Shown here piece by piece: positions 23,586 to 38,526 of a stretch of 64,000 bases of DNA. Position 1 is the first letter of the stretch. The number at the start of each line of letters is the position of its first letter. Both the position numbers and the translations under genes were made by a program. A model generated the notes under the pieces. It was not told the DNA's origin and ran no database searches. It saw nothing but the letters and a program-made list of their open reading frames with translations. Source of the DNA: the human T2T-CHM13v2.0 reference genome, Homo sapiens; the NCBI GenBank assembly GCA_009914755.4, contig CP068257.2:28512001-28576000 (forward strand). Direction: 5' to 3'.

Positions 23586-25549
23586 ATCTTGCCAGATCTG
23601 TATTCCTTGCCATGTATCTCTACACATCTTTTGGTCCTCTCTCACATTTCCCACTGCTATACACATTGAAATCTGCCTTTGGTCATCATGCTACCCACAA
23701 ACACCTTCCTAAAAATGTTATAGACTTCTTGGACATCCTAGCTACTATCTTTACCAAAACGCTTCCATATTTCTGCTTATTGATATTTCGGTAAAGGTCA
23801 CAACAAACCACTGTCTTCTAATGAGAGACAGTGAAGGGCATGTGCTCTGGAGAGAGATTTGGTTCTGTCTTGGCTTGATGCCTTAGCCACCCATCTCAGG
23901 CATGTTTCTGAATCCCCCCAAAAGTGCCTGTTCTACAAAATCAGGATAATAATAACATCAAATTCACAGGGCTGCCTTGAAGATTAAATAGAATGTGTGC
24001 AAAGAACCTGGTCCTGAGCAAACACCCAGGAAAAGTTTTCTGTTAATATTTGTCTCATTTGTTTTTGTTGTATTATGGTCCTTATTACTTCTCCACATAC
24101 GCATTCTCACTTTTCTTCCAGACTTCCTGATATACCTCAGTATTCTTCTCACTTGGCACACTCTCCCTAAGGCACCTCACCTATGTCTTCACAGCATTAC
24201 CTACCTCCTGTCAGGCCGTAAGTTCTGAATCTGTTGTCTTTAGTCCATGCCTGTTTCTGTTTGCCACCCTCAGCTCATTTTTCTCTCTTATTCTTTAATA
24301 AATATGTGCCTAGAGTGGACACTGTGATGTTCCACCCAGATGTCTTTTTCAGCTGCTTAGAGTGCTGTGGGCAGAACACCCTCAGCTCTCAGCCTCATTC
24401 AGGTATTACCTGGAAATAGGCATGTCACTCAAATTATTCCCCATTCATAGATGTAGCCCATATCCAGTGACTCATCAATATGGTCCTGACCGCTAGCCCT
24501 GTTAGCCCCATGGGGTTAACACTCAGGGGCTATTCTAGCTCCACAGCTCACTGTATGGTCAGATAAGGCCTTCATTAGCCCTGTATCCCAACTAAACTCC
24601 ATATGGCCAATCCTCTTCCTTACCTTCTTTTCCTAAGGTGTTGATCTCATAATAAACATAATGCACACTAATCTCTGCCTCAGAGTCTCATGCTCAGGGA
24701 ACCCAACCATTGACTGACACCTTATTCAAATGGATTAAATATGATTTCTGTTCTATGCTGTGTCTTAGTTCAGCCCTTTGACATTCCTCATCTGTACCAT
24801 TTCAAGAATGTCTTACCTAACCTCCTTGCCTCTGCCCTTTCTTACTACTTTCTGATTCATTTTCTATTGAAGAACCACAAAACCTTGTGGAATCAAACTC
24901 TGTACATGCCACCACCTTACTTAAAATTTTTCATTATTTCTCTGTTGCCTGTAAAATCAGATCCAAATTCCTTAGCATGACGCGTGAGACCAATTTTTGA
25001 ATGACCCCTGCCCAACTTTAAAACTTAGCTTCTGACCATGACTCCATTCCATGTCTTCACGGAGCTTACATTTTAGTGAGCATGATAAATACTAAACATG
25101 CAATTGCCAAAATACATATTATTAAAAATTAAGGTATAGCTATGGTTAAAAAATATATGGTATAAACAGAAATGATTTTAGTTTTAACTAAGGATTCTCT
25201 AATGAAGGAAGGGCACTCTGATAAAACAATATTGAAACTGCAACCTGAAGCTTGAGTAGAAATTAGCCAGATAATTCAACAAAGAGTGAGAGAAAGAGAA
25301 TTCTGGGCACAAGAGACCATCTGGGTAAAGGCACTGCAGGCAAAGAGAGTTTGGGTCAAATGCAAGTGGAAGACCAAGCCAGAGGAGGGTGAGAGAATTG
25401 AGATGAGGTTGCAAATGTAGACAAGGTCCAGATATGCAAGCAATGTGAACCATGTAATAATCTTCTAAGAGCAATGCAAAGCCAGTTAAAGATTTTCGGC
25501 ATGGGACTCACACAATCAAGACTCAAGCCTGCTTAAAAACAAAACAAAA

Positions 25550-25853
25550 GGCCACGTGCGGTAGCTCATGCCTATAATCCCAGCACTTTGGGAGGCTGTG
25601 GTGGGCAGATCACGAGGTCAGGAGTTCAAGACCAGCCTGACCAACATGGTGAAACCCTATCTCTACTAAAAATATGAAAATTAGCCGTCTGTGGCGGCAC
25701 ATGCTTGTAATCCTAGCTACTCAGGAGGCTGAGGCAGGAGAATCACTTGAACCCAGGAGGCAGTGGTTGCAGTGAGCCAAGATTGCAGCACTGCACTCCA
25801 GCCTGGGTGACAGCAAGACTCTGTATCAAAAAAAAAAAAAAAAAAAAAAAAAA
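25550..25853 (+). mobile_element. Full-length Alu SINE (sense) with a 26-nt poly(A)
   Basis: ggccacgtgcggtagctcatgcctataatcccagcactttgggaggctgtggtgggcagatcacgaggtcaggagttcaagaccagcctgaccaacatggtgaaaccc…, then poly(A) at 25828..25853. Confidence 0.95.
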
Positions 25854-26654
25854 CCACACAGAAAAAACACCAACCACCAAAACAATATGGCTGTTTGGAG
25901 AAATTAATTAGAAAGAACAAAATTGAACACGAAGAAACCATTTAGAAGGTTATTGCGATAGTCCAAGTGAGAGATGATGAGAGATGATAGAAGCTGGATT
26001 AGAGTAGGGGCAATGTAGGAGTGGATGGCTTTACACTATGTAGAGGAGCTACAGTTGCTGAAGGTGGGTGATGGACTGGAGGTGGGGGAAGGTTTCAGAG
26101 ATGCCTGTTGTACTGTTGACATGAGCATCATTGTACTCGGAGTTGCATTTACCGTGACGTGAGACACTGAAGGTTGAGTGACCTTTTAGAAAAAGATTAA
26201 GAGTTCAATTTTTAGATGTGAAGTCTGAGCTGCCTGTGAGCCATACCAGTAAATAATTTAGGAATTAGATGTTTTGGAGCACTTAGGGATAATCTGGGCT
26301 GTACACATATGCAAGAATCCATAACCTCCATCCTGTCCACAAATTATCTCTGATTAGATCACAATCAGTGAGACAAATCTGCTAATAAGGGCTGCTGACT
26401 AATGGTATTCTTATGTCCTCCTGAGACTTGTACTGAGGTCTTAGGGAATCTAATATATGTTGAGGAGTTTTTTGCTTTCCTCTGAAAAAATGTGTTAGTT
26501 TTACTTTCAGCATCAGCTTGAAATGAATAGAAGTAGAGGTATAACATCCGAATGGAAAAATTAGGACACAAAGCATCCTTCTCTTGCCTTGTCTCCCCTT
26601 TCACGGGTTCCAAACCAGAAAATATTAAAACATTCTCACAACTTACTGTATGTC

Positions 26655-26975
<321 letters not shown>

Positions 26976-27113
26976 TGTGGGTCTATTTTGAAAGAGAATG
27001 CCCTGTCTCCCACAGTAGCCAGTTCAAATTTTAACAGATACAAATGAGTCAAAAAAGCTTTAACTGGATGCCCATTAAGCTGATTTGAAGTTGTGTTTAA
27101 GTATATTTATGCA

Positions 27114-27142
27114 TACACACACACACACACACACACACACAT
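27114..27142. repeat. (CA)n dinucleotide microsatellite, about 14 units
   Basis: acacacacacacacacacacacacacac read directly. Confidence 0.95.
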
Positions 27143-27504
27143 CCCCACTCTGTTATTGCTCATTGTATTGTTGACTTTCATATATCTGTTCCCCCTACAT
27201 AAAGTACCTTCTCAATTCCCTCTTCATGTCAACACATGCACATTGCCCACTTAATACTTATTCATTCTCCTTTGGATTTTGGTCCAAATTTAGTTACAAG
27301 AGAAACTTGCCCTGAATTCTCAGATCATAACAGCTTTGACAAAATCCCCATCCCTGCCATTTTTTCAGTCTTTCATAGTACTATGCATTTTTCTTCACAG
27401 CATTTTTTCACAAGTTCTATATAAATATACATTTCCATTCATAAAGTCATTTCCCGTCTGGAGTACAGATTCTATAAGAACAGAGACTTGTGTCCATTGT
27501 CTAG

Positions 27505-27553
27505 TCCTATTCTATTCTATTCTATTCTATCCCATTCTATTACCATTCTATTC
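27505..27553. repeat. (TCTAT)n pentanucleotide repeat, imperfect
   Basis: tctattctattctattctattctatcccattctattaccattctattc. Confidence 0.8.
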
Positions 27554-28100
27554 CCAGTGCAGATCATGAATTCCCTGATCCATAGTTGATGCCCAAGAAA
27601 TATTGTTTGAATGAATAATGAAGTAATTGATCAAAACAATGTTTGTTTAGCTGGGCCATCCTTTAATTTAAGGTTCTGTGTTTAATTATATTTTCCTAAA
27701 TTATACATTTTCAGTTTGAGTACTTTTCTACATCAGTAAAGACTGGATTTATATAATGAAATATTATCTTATTTGTTCTTTTTTAAAAAACAACAACAGT
27801 TTTGTATTCCAGAAATGCATTCAGGGGTGACCTAAAACCATCTAAATAAAGTTTAATACCACCACCCACTCAATCAAATTTATCCCATTAACTCACATTT
27901 GTGACCTCAAATTTCAACTATTTTAAGTCTACTTGCAAATCAGCATTGCAAATACACTTTTCTGTGAAACCAATCCGCAAAATCCAGAGTTCGCTCCAGG
28001 CAAAGCAAATGTATTAATTGTATGTGTTTTTATTTCTGTGCACAGATTTGAGTATATACTATAGAAATCTTTGAATTTATCCTTCTCCTTTTCTTCTTCC

Positions 28101-28124
28101 CTTTTTTTTTTTTTTTTTTTTTTT
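28101..28124. repeat. Poly(T) tract, about 24 nt
   Basis: cttttttttttttttttttttttttgc read directly. No adjacent SINE body is recognisable. Confidence 0.9.
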
Positions 28125-28546
28125 GCATTTCAAATAGCTGCCAAAATAATTTAAGAAGACTAGTAAAAAAAAAAAGACAGCTTGTGATTCATGAAAAAAA
28201 ATGAGGATTTTGGTGACAGGGTAAAACAAAGCTAGGCAATAAAAGATAAAAATGGCATGAGGTTTGTCCACAAAATAAATGCCACATTTGCTAAACATTA
28301 GCCATGAATTTGCCTGTAAAGATTTTAGGAGCAAGGCAGAGTGTCTGTGCAACAAAAACCCATTTTTTTTTTCAGGAGTTGTATAACTCTTCATGTCTCT
28401 GATACTAGAAAGAAATTTCTTTCATTGTGGAATACAATGAGCAACATTTTTATAGTAAATAAAGTTGCCACATTTGCCCTGGTGTTCCTTATTTTACTGG
28501 AGCGCAAAGAATGTGGTCCAGGTGTTCAGGTCTTAAACATTTATAT

Positions 28547-28675
28547 CAGTGGTTCTCAGCCCTGACTTCATATTGGAATCACCTTTGGGACCTTTGAAAC
28601 AATAGCAATGCCTGGGCCCCACCCCAGATCTATTAAAGCAGAACCTGGAGGTGGGGCTCTGGAATCAGCATTTTT
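28547..28675 (+). mobile_element. hAT-type non-autonomous element (MER-family MITE, 5' portion)
   Basis: Begins with the hAT-Charlie-type terminus cagtggttctcagccctg…ggaatcacctttggga…gcctgggccccaccccagatctattaaagcagaacctggaggtggggctctggaatcagcattttt. This resembles MER-family MITEs whose termini read CAGTGGTTCTCAA…GGAATCACCTGGG…GGGCCCCACCCCAGA…. Confidence 0.5.
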
Positions 28676-28784
28676 ATTTTTGTTTTTGTTTTATTTTGTT
28701 ATAGTTGCATCAGTATTTTCAAAGCACCCCTTGCAATACTAACATGCAGACTGGAATCAGAAGCACTCCTTTGAGTTTCTGTTC

Positions 28785-28860
28785 CAGTGGTTCTCAGTTT
28801 TGATTTTTAATTGGAATTATATAGAGAGGCTTATTAAAACTTATCAGGTTCCACATCAAA
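28785..28860 (+). mobile_element. Second partial copy of a CAGTGGTTCTCA-terminus hAT MITE
   Basis: ccagtggttctcagttttgatttttaattggaattatatagagaggcttattaaaac…. Only the terminus is convincing. Confidence 0.3.
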
Positions 28861-30631
28861 CCAATGAAATCAAAATAGCTAAAGATGGGAGGAGGCACCA
28901 GGTTTTTTTTTTTTTTTTTAAGTGTCTTAGATGATTCTAGTGGGCAGCTGGGGTTGAGACCCCTGACCTATAGTGAATAGATGGATTGTATATCCTTAAG
29001 GCAATTCTGCATTACTATGGTTTGTTATGGTTTGTCCCAGTAAAACTTTTAAGGCTTAAGGGTAACTTTGAAGTTATACCCCTTGAGAAGAACCTAGAGT
29101 GTAAAGATGGTAAATTTAATCATTAATGGTTAAATTCAGTTTTATGTGAGTAGGTGGTAAAAAAGCTCTGAAATAAAAGAATTCTATTGAATTCTATAGA
29201 ATTCATTGCTCTTATGTTATTTTTAAAAAATGGGGAGGGCATGATATTTATCAATTATAATTAAAAACACTTTAACTGGGGCATTAGCAAAGTGCTTCTC
29301 AACTGTGAATGATGTTCAAATAGCTTAGAAAAACAAGTTTTTTAGCAACATATTTATGATATATTACTTCAACTATTTTCAGATAAAAACATGGTATAAA
29401 CTTTCAAAAACCATAAAACCAAAACAATTATAAATACTAACAAACGGTACATGCAATAATATTTAAATTATTAATGTTACTTCTATTTGGTAGATAATCC
29501 TGAGCTTTTTAAAATTAAATTCTGGATGTTAGATTTACTAGAAGAAAGATGTCTTTTCATAATTTGTCCTCTACTTCTCATTTTTTATTTATTAGATTTC
29601 AAGTATGGTATGCCATTGCTTGAGGCAATCATTTATTACTGCCATTTTTTTTTCTTTTTAACAATGAGATTGTCCTTAATGTGATTCAGTATTCTGATGA
29701 GCCAAAGCATTTGAGTCATGCCTCTAAGTAAAATACAAGCAAATTAAAAAATACTGTTCTTTATTGCATATTTACTTCTACACTTACTACTAATGAGCTG
29801 CACAAAGGTCAGATGTGCTCCTTATATTTGATCCAAATATGAGAAAAGTGCAGAAAGATTTTTTTTTTCATTTTGTATTGTCTATTTCTGTATATTGTAA
29901 AGACTCAACACCTTACTAACTGGCTTTGTGAGTAACTCTACATATGTACAGGATCACATGAGCATATTTGACCTTTATTTTATTACATAACTTAATAAAG
30001 ATTAATTTTAAATATATTGCAAGTTCTCACCGCAAAAAATCATATTGTGTAAATAACAAAAATAATGTAACAAGTAACCACGTTATGCAGACCAAATGTA
30101 CTTATTTTAAAATTTAGACAGGTCAACCTGAAAGAAATCAGATGCATATCAAGAACATTCAATGTGCAACATTTTTATTTCAGTGAATAACTTGGGTCAA
30201 TGTGATTATTAACACACTACTAAATCCAGAACATGGATTCATATAGCAGTAGGAAGTATAGTTGTTATTCAGATAATCCAAAGTAACTAAAAACTCTAAT
30301 TGAGTAGATATGTCTCTCTAAATATTTTGGAGACTTCCAGGTTCCTATAGATATCAGTATAAAAGATGCCAAGTTATCTTTCTAACCCTCTGGTCCTGCT
30401 TTTGCATAAATGAATTAAATGAGATAAATAACATAAGTAAGTTAACTAGGTGAAAACAATAAATATATTTTCCATATACTAATTTTATAGTCAAAAATTG
30501 ATCAAAATATATTTGTTTAATAATTGTTTTTATGACATTCCTTTAAGATAACCTGAATAGTCAATTTTATTATACTTTAATACTTTATACAGACTTTATT
30601 TTTAGAATGGCTTTAGTTTTGCAAAAATTAA

Positions 30632-30942
<311 letters not shown>

Positions 30943-31711
30943 TGCCTCGTACAGAGTGTTCTTATACCCCACACTCACTTTCCCTTATTACTCACTGTAG
31001 ATTGAAATAGGGCATTTCTCACAATAAATAAACCAATATTCATACTTTGTTATTAACTGAAGCTCATAATTTATTCAGATTTTTTAGTTTTTAGCTAATG
31101 TCCTTTGTTTATTGCAGGATCCTATCCAGGGTGCCAAATTACCTTTGTCATGTCTCCTTCCTTAGGTTTCTCTTGTCTGTGACGGTTTCTCGGATTTTCC
31201 ATTTTTGATGACCTTGACAGTTGAGGAGTACTACCCAGTTATTTTGTAGGGTGACCTTCTACTGGAATCTGTTTGATGTTTCTCTCATAATTAGACTAAG
31301 AGTACGAATTTGGGGAAAGAAGATCACAGAGATAAAGTACCATTTTCATCACATCGTATCGAGTACATACTATCAATATGATTCATGACTGTTGGTGCTG
31401 ACCTCGTTCATCTGGCTGAGGTAGGGTTTGTCAGATTTCTCCACTGTTAAGTTACTCTCTTCCACTTTCCATACTGTACTCTTCAAAAAGAACTTACTAT
31501 ACACAGCACACACTTAATGAGTGGAGTATAACTGTTTGGAATTTTTTTGCATATGAGATCCTTTATCCCCCATTTATTAATTTATTCAATCACTTAATTA
31601 CATCAGAATGGATTCATGACCTATGTTTTATTCTTTGAGTTGTAATCCCAAACCACTTTGTTTTCTTGCTCAAATTGTTCTAGCTTTGGCCACTGGAAGT
31701 TCTTTCAGTTG

Positions 31712-32011
31712 TTTTCTTTTTTATTTTTGGAGACAGGGTCTCACTTTGTCACGCAGGCTGGAGTGCAGTGGCAGGAACACAGCTCACTGCAGCCTTGACC
31801 TCCCAGGCTCAAGTGATCCTCTCGCCTCAGCCCCCAAGTAGGTGGGCCTACAGGCACCCTCCACCACACCTGGCTGATTTTTGTATTTTTTGTAGGCACA
31901 GGGTTTTGCCATGTTGCCCAGGCTGGTGTCGAACTCCTGCGCTCAATCAGTTCTCCTGCCTTGGCCTCCCGAGATGCTGGGATTATTAGGCGTGAGCTAC
32001 AGCGCCTGGCC
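31712..32011 (-). mobile_element. Full-length Alu SINE (antisense)
   Basis: A T-rich tail, then ggagacagggtctcactttgtcacgcaggctggagtgcagtggcagg … cccgagatgctgggattattaggcgtgagctacagcgcctggcc. ORFs 31623..31841 and 31768..31989 translate it. Confidence 0.95.
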
Positions 32012-33339
32012 TCAGCTGTTTTCTAAGTGCCTTTAAAATAGCACTTCCTTTCTTTATAGCACTACAAAATGCCCCATGTTCATCTTTTTTATTTCTTGAC
32101 CCAGCCCCCAAATCAGCCATTTCTCCATTTATTTTAACCCACTCTGCTAACATAGCAAAGAAATATATGCATGTCTACTAAGATGTGCATACACACAAGC
32201 ACACATATTCAAACACATTTAGACCCCAAATCCTTGCAATTATTGATTTACTGACTTTGTAAGCACATTGAGAATAGATGCCTTGAACTTATTATCTGAT
32301 GTCTTTCTAGCAACAGACAAAATACCAGGCATATAAACTAGTGCAAGATGGCCGTACAGTTTATTGGATAAATAAATAAAGGAATAGTCTATTTCTGTTA
32401 ATTATATACTATGACTTTTTAAAATTTCATTAAATATCTTTCTATGAGATATTTTTTAGGGCTGAGTATCAGTCTATTATATCACTCTTTATTAGTATAA
32501 GCATTAAAGATAAAATATATAAAGCACCTGATTCAATGCTGAACTAATAGGATGTACACAAGAAAATCCTTTATCCAATCTCCCTTAGCGTGTTTCTAAT
32601 ATTTAAATTACTTAAATTGTCTTTTGAGCCATTCTGATTATTTTCTTGGACTTGTAATTATCAGACCAAATAACACATAATACAAATACTATACAAAATA
32701 TTTGTATATATTTTAATTGCTTTATTCCAGCAGTTGTTCGAAAGTATCCAAATACTCTGTTTCTTCACCATCACTGTTATGATACAACGAAAAATTTCAA
32801 TTTAACAAGTGAAATATTGTATTTTCTCATTGTTAGAAATGACATTTCTTTGCTTACTGGCGAGGCAAAACTATTTTTCATGTCTCTTCAACGTATTCAT
32901 TTTATTTGATCATTTTTGCTTTTGGCATATATGCTTTAAAATTATTTATAGTAACTCTTTATATAGCAGAAATAAGAATATGAAATCTAAATCCACGTAA
33001 ATAGCTTTATTTATTGTCTGCCTTTTAATTTTATTTATGCTTTCTTTTGATATACAAACTTCATACAGTATTTATATAATACTGATGTATTACAGTTATA
33101 TCAGTTAATATTTTCCCTTATGCTTTCTATTTTTCTTGACTTCCTCTGTACATTCTTCTATAACTATTCTAGTTCTCAGGAAGATCTGCCCATATAAATT
33201 TTAATGCATGATGTGAGAAGAGGAATTCATTCTCTTTTTCACATTTTTTAGTTTTTATCTATGCCTTTTATTTATCAATACTTTTTATTGAAATAGCTAT
33301 TGTCTTACTTTTTTTCAACACATTGTCTTTGTTGTATAC

Positions 33340-33700
33340 TCTAGTAAGCAGAATAGTGGTTCCCCAAAGATGTTCACATCTTAATCCCTGGAATTTGTGA
33401 CTATGATAGTTACAAAACAAAGAAGAATTATGTCTGAAGGTGAACTTCAGTGATTGCAGATGACCTTAAGATAGGGAGATCGTCCTAGATCAGCGGGATA
33501 GATCTGAAGTAATCAAGAGGATCCTTAATGTGGGAGGCGGAAGGGGACGAACCAGAGCGATAGCAGCCTGTGTGGCTTTCAAGATGGAGGACGGAAGCCA
33601 CAACCTGAGGAACACAGGCAACTTCTAAGAGCTGGAAAGAGCAAAGAAACAGATTCTCCAAAGCTTCTAACAGGAACACAGTCATACCGAACCCTTGATT
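33340..33700 (+). mobile_element. Ancient interspersed repeat, family B (probable old L1M-type 3' end); paralogue of 40040..40506
   Basis: ggttccccaaagatgttcacatcttaatccctggaatttgtgactatg…gatagggagatcgtcctagatcagcgggatagatctgaagtaatcaagaggatccttaatgtgggaggcggaagg…gctttcaagatggaggacggaagccacaacctgaggaacacaggcaacttctaagagctggaaagagcaaagaaacagattctcc… matches the remembered consensus (…atgtccacatcctaatccctggaacctgtgaatatgttacc…gatggggagattatcctggattatc…gctttgaagatggaggaaggggccacgagccaaggaatgcaggc…ctggaaaaggcaaggaaacagattctcccc…). Confidence 0.4.
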
Positions 33701-34720
33701 TTAAATTCGAACGCCTTCATCCCTGTCTATCACTTTACTCTGCTTTATGTATTTTTAATTACTTATCACTATCGCACATTATATAATCAACCTATATGTT
33801 GATTTTTAAATTGTTTTTCTGCTTACTCTAAATAAACTCTGAGAATAATAACCTATTCTGTTTTATGTACTAATATATTCCCAATATTTAGACAAGTGCC
33901 AGGAAGATAGTGTGTGTTTAGCAAATGTTTTTGGAGTTATTTCACTTATTAAAAGCATACTTGGATTTTTTTCTGGATTTTCTAGTCCACTTCATAAACG
34001 TATACAATGTAGTATGTTAGGAAACTATTCATATTCTTTGTCTGCTTTTACAGTTGTGTTGGATTTTTAGTTTATTTTCACATTAATAACATAATATTTT
34101 AGTTATAATATTATTTAAAAGTTCTGAACAATCTTCTCTTATTCTACTTTTTAAATGTTTTGCGCTTTTTTCCAGCTGAACTTCAAAATTGTTCTGTTAA
34201 AACAGGAAAAAAAAAGCTACATAAGATTCTGATTAGAAATATGTAAATGATATGATCATGTTGGGGATGATCTGAAGTTTTACAATTTATATCGTAAAGT
34301 TTTCTAATTTATATCCTTTCATAATTATTTAGATAGTTTGGATTTGGGGGTGGGGAGGAGCAGTTATTAGTTTTATTCCTAGGGGTCATATTTTTGTTGT
34401 CACTACAAATTAGATTATTTATCTATTGTAATTTTAAACTGTAAAATAAGAATATTATTAATTTAATGCTCTCATTTTGCTACTAGCTAAGTTCCTGAAC
34501 TATCTATGTAGTTCTAATGGTTGTCTACATTTTACAGATGATGAAATGAGGCAACTAGAGACAGCTAATTCGAGCTCACATTTATCTCAGTTCAAATGCT
34601 GTTTTCCAGGTTCTTTTTCCCATTAGACTGTAAGCTCATATCTTCAGAAGCTGTGTCATTTCATGGCTTCTCTACCCCATCCCCATAGAAACAGCTATTA
34701 CAACACAAAACAGTGATTCT

Positions 34721-34905
34721 CAATTGGGGGATGTTCCCTACCCCGCCCAGGGAAAATCTGAAAATATTTGGAGACACTTTTGGTTGTCACACTGGGAAGG
34801 TTCTACTGGTATCGAGTGAGCAGAGCCTATAGATGCTGCTGAACATCGTACATCACACAGCATAGGCCCCTGAGCAAAGAATCATGGCTAACACTCAACT
34901 AAGCA
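34721..34905 (+). mobile_element. MER5A-like hAT-Charlie non-autonomous DNA transposon
   Basis: cagtgattctcaattgggggatgttccctaccccgcccagggaaaatctgaaaatatttggagacacttttggttgtcacactgggaagg…ctactggtatc.agtg.gcagagcc…gatgctgctgaacatc.tacatcacacag matches the MER5A consensus (CAGTGGTTCTCAACC…GACATTTGGCAATGTCTGGAGACATTTTTGGTTGTCACAACTGGGG…TGCTACTGGCATCTAGTGGGTAGAGGCCAGGGATGCTGCTAAACATCCTACAATGCACAGG…). Confidence 0.6.
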
Positions 34906-36502
34906 CTTGGATATGCTACACACACACGGACTATTTTACTCATGTTATCCTTGCATTACTTGTCATCAAGTCTCAAAATAACCTTCTGGGGTTAGCATTA
35001 TCTTCATCCTTATCTTTTCAAAAAAGATACTGAGCATGGGAAACTAGATTGTAGAGTCATCCAGTTAATAGGTCAAGCCAAGATTCAGCCTTGGGCAGTG
35101 TGGCCTCAGAACCACGTTTATAATAGTATGTACTACTTGAAGTGTTTTTCACTTAGTTACATTCAAGTTAGGGTCTCCTTCAGTCCTAATAATCTACGAA
35201 TTATCTTAGAAGAACAAATTGAAAATCAGTAACAATTGGCATTTACTTATTAGTTTAATTGCATAAGGATAGAAAATTGTCCATCTCCTGGGTCACTTTC
35301 TTTCCTAGTTAATTTGAAAGTTAATGTTTCACTGTGAAAGATGAGAATATAAAACCAAAGCTCTCTATCACCTGAGTTCAGTACTTTCTCCTGAACTTTT
35401 TATGGGGAATCATAAAAGCTGATCATGGGGATATTTGAAGCTTTATGTAATACTTCCCAAGTATGAAATAAAGTAATGAATATTTTGTATTGTTTAGTGG
35501 TTGTAAAAAAAAAAAGAGAGACAGACACACCTCCCTCTAATAAAGAAAATTCAGAAAAGGGCATGATTTATCAAGACTCTTTATTATGGCTGATGTCATG
35601 GGACAGAACAATATTAATAAGAGAACAGATAATTGTACCATGGCCTGAGAAACAAAGACTTAATACAGATTATCTAACCTTACATCATTCTCAAGAGAAA
35701 GGGAAGGAGCAGGTGTAACATCTGCACTTGGCTGTGGGGAAAAAGTGAGAATACAGAGTAGCTCACTGACTTGGCCAAAAACATTCTGTAAATCAGTAAC
35801 TAGAAAAATGTTTGTATTTTTGTTTTTGAGCATTCTTCTTTGAATTAATAATAATTCTTCAGGAACAAACTGATAGTATTCTTGGCAATTCTAGCACTTA
35901 CATTTTCAAGTGTTTTTTACAAGAATATTGTGCTTTTCCAATGGCTCAAACTAAATATACTTAACTGACAAATAAATATTTATGAAGTATCAACAGTTTA
36001 TCTAGCTCTCTGCAAATACCCTGTGTTGAAGAAGTTTGCCCATCTACCTAAAGAAGCAGGATGCGTAGTATTTAAGGGATCAACTAATTGATAATAAGAA
36101 AAACAGGTAATATATACTAAGATACCTTTTCCACCTTGCAATTGGCATGAATTTTCTCTTTACAACAATCCAATGATATAGGTACCAATTTTATTCACTC
36201 TTTGTACATGGGAAAATTGAAACAGAGAGAGATTAGGTGAGCTGCCAACTAACACAGAAGCTGTCTGAGAGAGAAACCCAGACAAGGACACAATAGAGTA
36301 CATATTTTCAATGGCTTTGCCATATGCACAGACCTTAACATCTGTCAATTAGTGGAGAAATGAGAGAATAATGTCCACAGAAATCATTGGAAAATACTAA
36401 TGAAGGTTCAAGGTTCAAACCGGCCATTTAAAAATAATTAGTATATGCCTTAATCATTGGTCCTGGACTTGGGATATGCCATCTTAGGAACATTTTGAAA
36501 TT

Positions 36503-36552
36503 GTGTGTGTGTGTGCATGTGTGTGTTTGTGTATGTGTGTGTTTAGAAGAGT
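36503..36552. repeat. (GT)n dinucleotide microsatellite, interrupted
   Basis: tgtgtgtgtgtgtgcatgtgtgtgtttgtgtatgtgtgtgttt. Confidence 0.9.
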
Positions 36553-37294
36553 AGAATTTGGTTGCCACAATGATTGGATGACTTCCTGGGCATTCAATAG
36601 ATGGAGGCCTAATAGTCCTCCTTTATAAACAAGACATAAAATCATCAGTCCTGCACAAAGATGCCTTATCGTGTAACTTGTGTAACTTTCCAATGATCTT
36701 TTGGATAATAACTGAAAAACTTGTTTATGATCATGAACATAGAACTCTACTCCTCTTAGATTAAAACCCGAAGTAAATATTTTAATGCACAGTGAAGTTG
36801 CAGGAATGCAGAAACTAGTAAATCACAGGAAGGCTGACTTTTGATTTGTTTTGAACTTATACTAAGAGTTGTTCAACATTTAAAAAAATCATATCACCCA
36901 TGGCAATAGTAGCCATGGAATTTGAGTCACAAATCTAATATCTGTATCAATCGGTCTTTCTAGCTCTCATATTTTGAGTGAATTCACATAAAAAACAAGC
37001 ATCTGATAATTTTTATATCTTTCAGTGAAGATGTTCTTAGTCAATCACATAATAAAATATCTTTTAAATAAATTATTTTCCTTTAAAGTTTCCCTTATAA
37101 GTAGGGCATGCTGTTGGTATTTCCAAATGATTATTTTGTTTCATCTGTGACTTTCATTCCAGAATAAGCAACAGGACATTATACAATACTTGATATAAAA
37201 GGGTATGATAGAGCTGTGATGCCCTAGTTTAGATGAATGTATGCAGAAAGGGCATGGGGCATAGAGCTGTTTTATTTATTCTTTTTTCATTATT

Positions 37295-37400
37295 TCAACA
37301 TATTTTTTGAGCACCTACTATGTGTCAGCCTACACTACTGTGCAGTGGTCCTAGAACAGTGAATAAGAGTAAATTCCTTATTCTCATAGCCTTTACTTTG
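37295..37400 (-). mobile_element. MIR-like SINE fragment (antisense 3' region)
   Basis: ttgagcacctactatgtgtcagcctacactactgtgcagtggtcctagaacagtg resembles the reverse complement of the MIR 3' end (…TTGAGCGCTTACTATGTGCCAGGCACTGTTCTAAGCGC…). Similar weak MIR-like stretches are near 5735..5790 and 6900..7090. Confidence 0.35.
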
Positions 37401-38201
37401 TAGTAAAGAAACTAGCACTACTTAGAAATAAGACAAAATAAGGCCCACATATCCTTTCAATGTCATACTGGAACATTGCCTAATAAACTCAACCAAAGAT
37501 TATTTAATTATTTAGGAGACTGTACTTTGTTTTATTCAGTATGTACTATTGGTTAGGGCTCAAATGTTGTAAAGTTGCATGCTAACTTATAGATTTTCTA
37601 CTGTCTTTGTGAAAAGTAGAAAGATAAGTTCTGGTTTTATTGTTCTTTGGACACTAAAGAGACTTAATTTAGCAAGCTTATTTCAGTATGGCTTTCTTCT
37701 AATATTCTGCAATCAGCATTCCTAAACATAAAATGTATAAAACATGTTCATTGTATATATTGGCATAAGAGTCATATTTGAAACTTATTGAATATTTTAA
37801 TTTCACACATTCTAGTAAGAGTCACAGTAAAGGGATGAGGTTGGAATAAACATTGAGAGCCTTAAGAGCTAGGCAAAAGAGATTAGCTTTTAAGATAGAA
37901 AATCGAGATCAATTATGTTTCTTAACCCGGTTATCTACTTGACAAGAAAGATACTAAGATGACACACAAAACCTGGGAAATATTTATTATATTTTTGTTA
38001 AATTTAAGTCAATGGCTATTTGATTTTAGTTAGAGAATCTTCTTGTGCTATTAAGCATAAAATATCAATTCAGCACTTCAAATGATATTCACAACTTTCT
38101 CTTGATATGGCAGGCTAATATCCTAAAATTCCCTCATATAAAGATTTAACATTCCCTCCTAAAAGTTTTTAAATTCCTTCATGTAAAAATTAAAAATTCT
38201 T

Positions 38202-38526
<325 letters not shown>
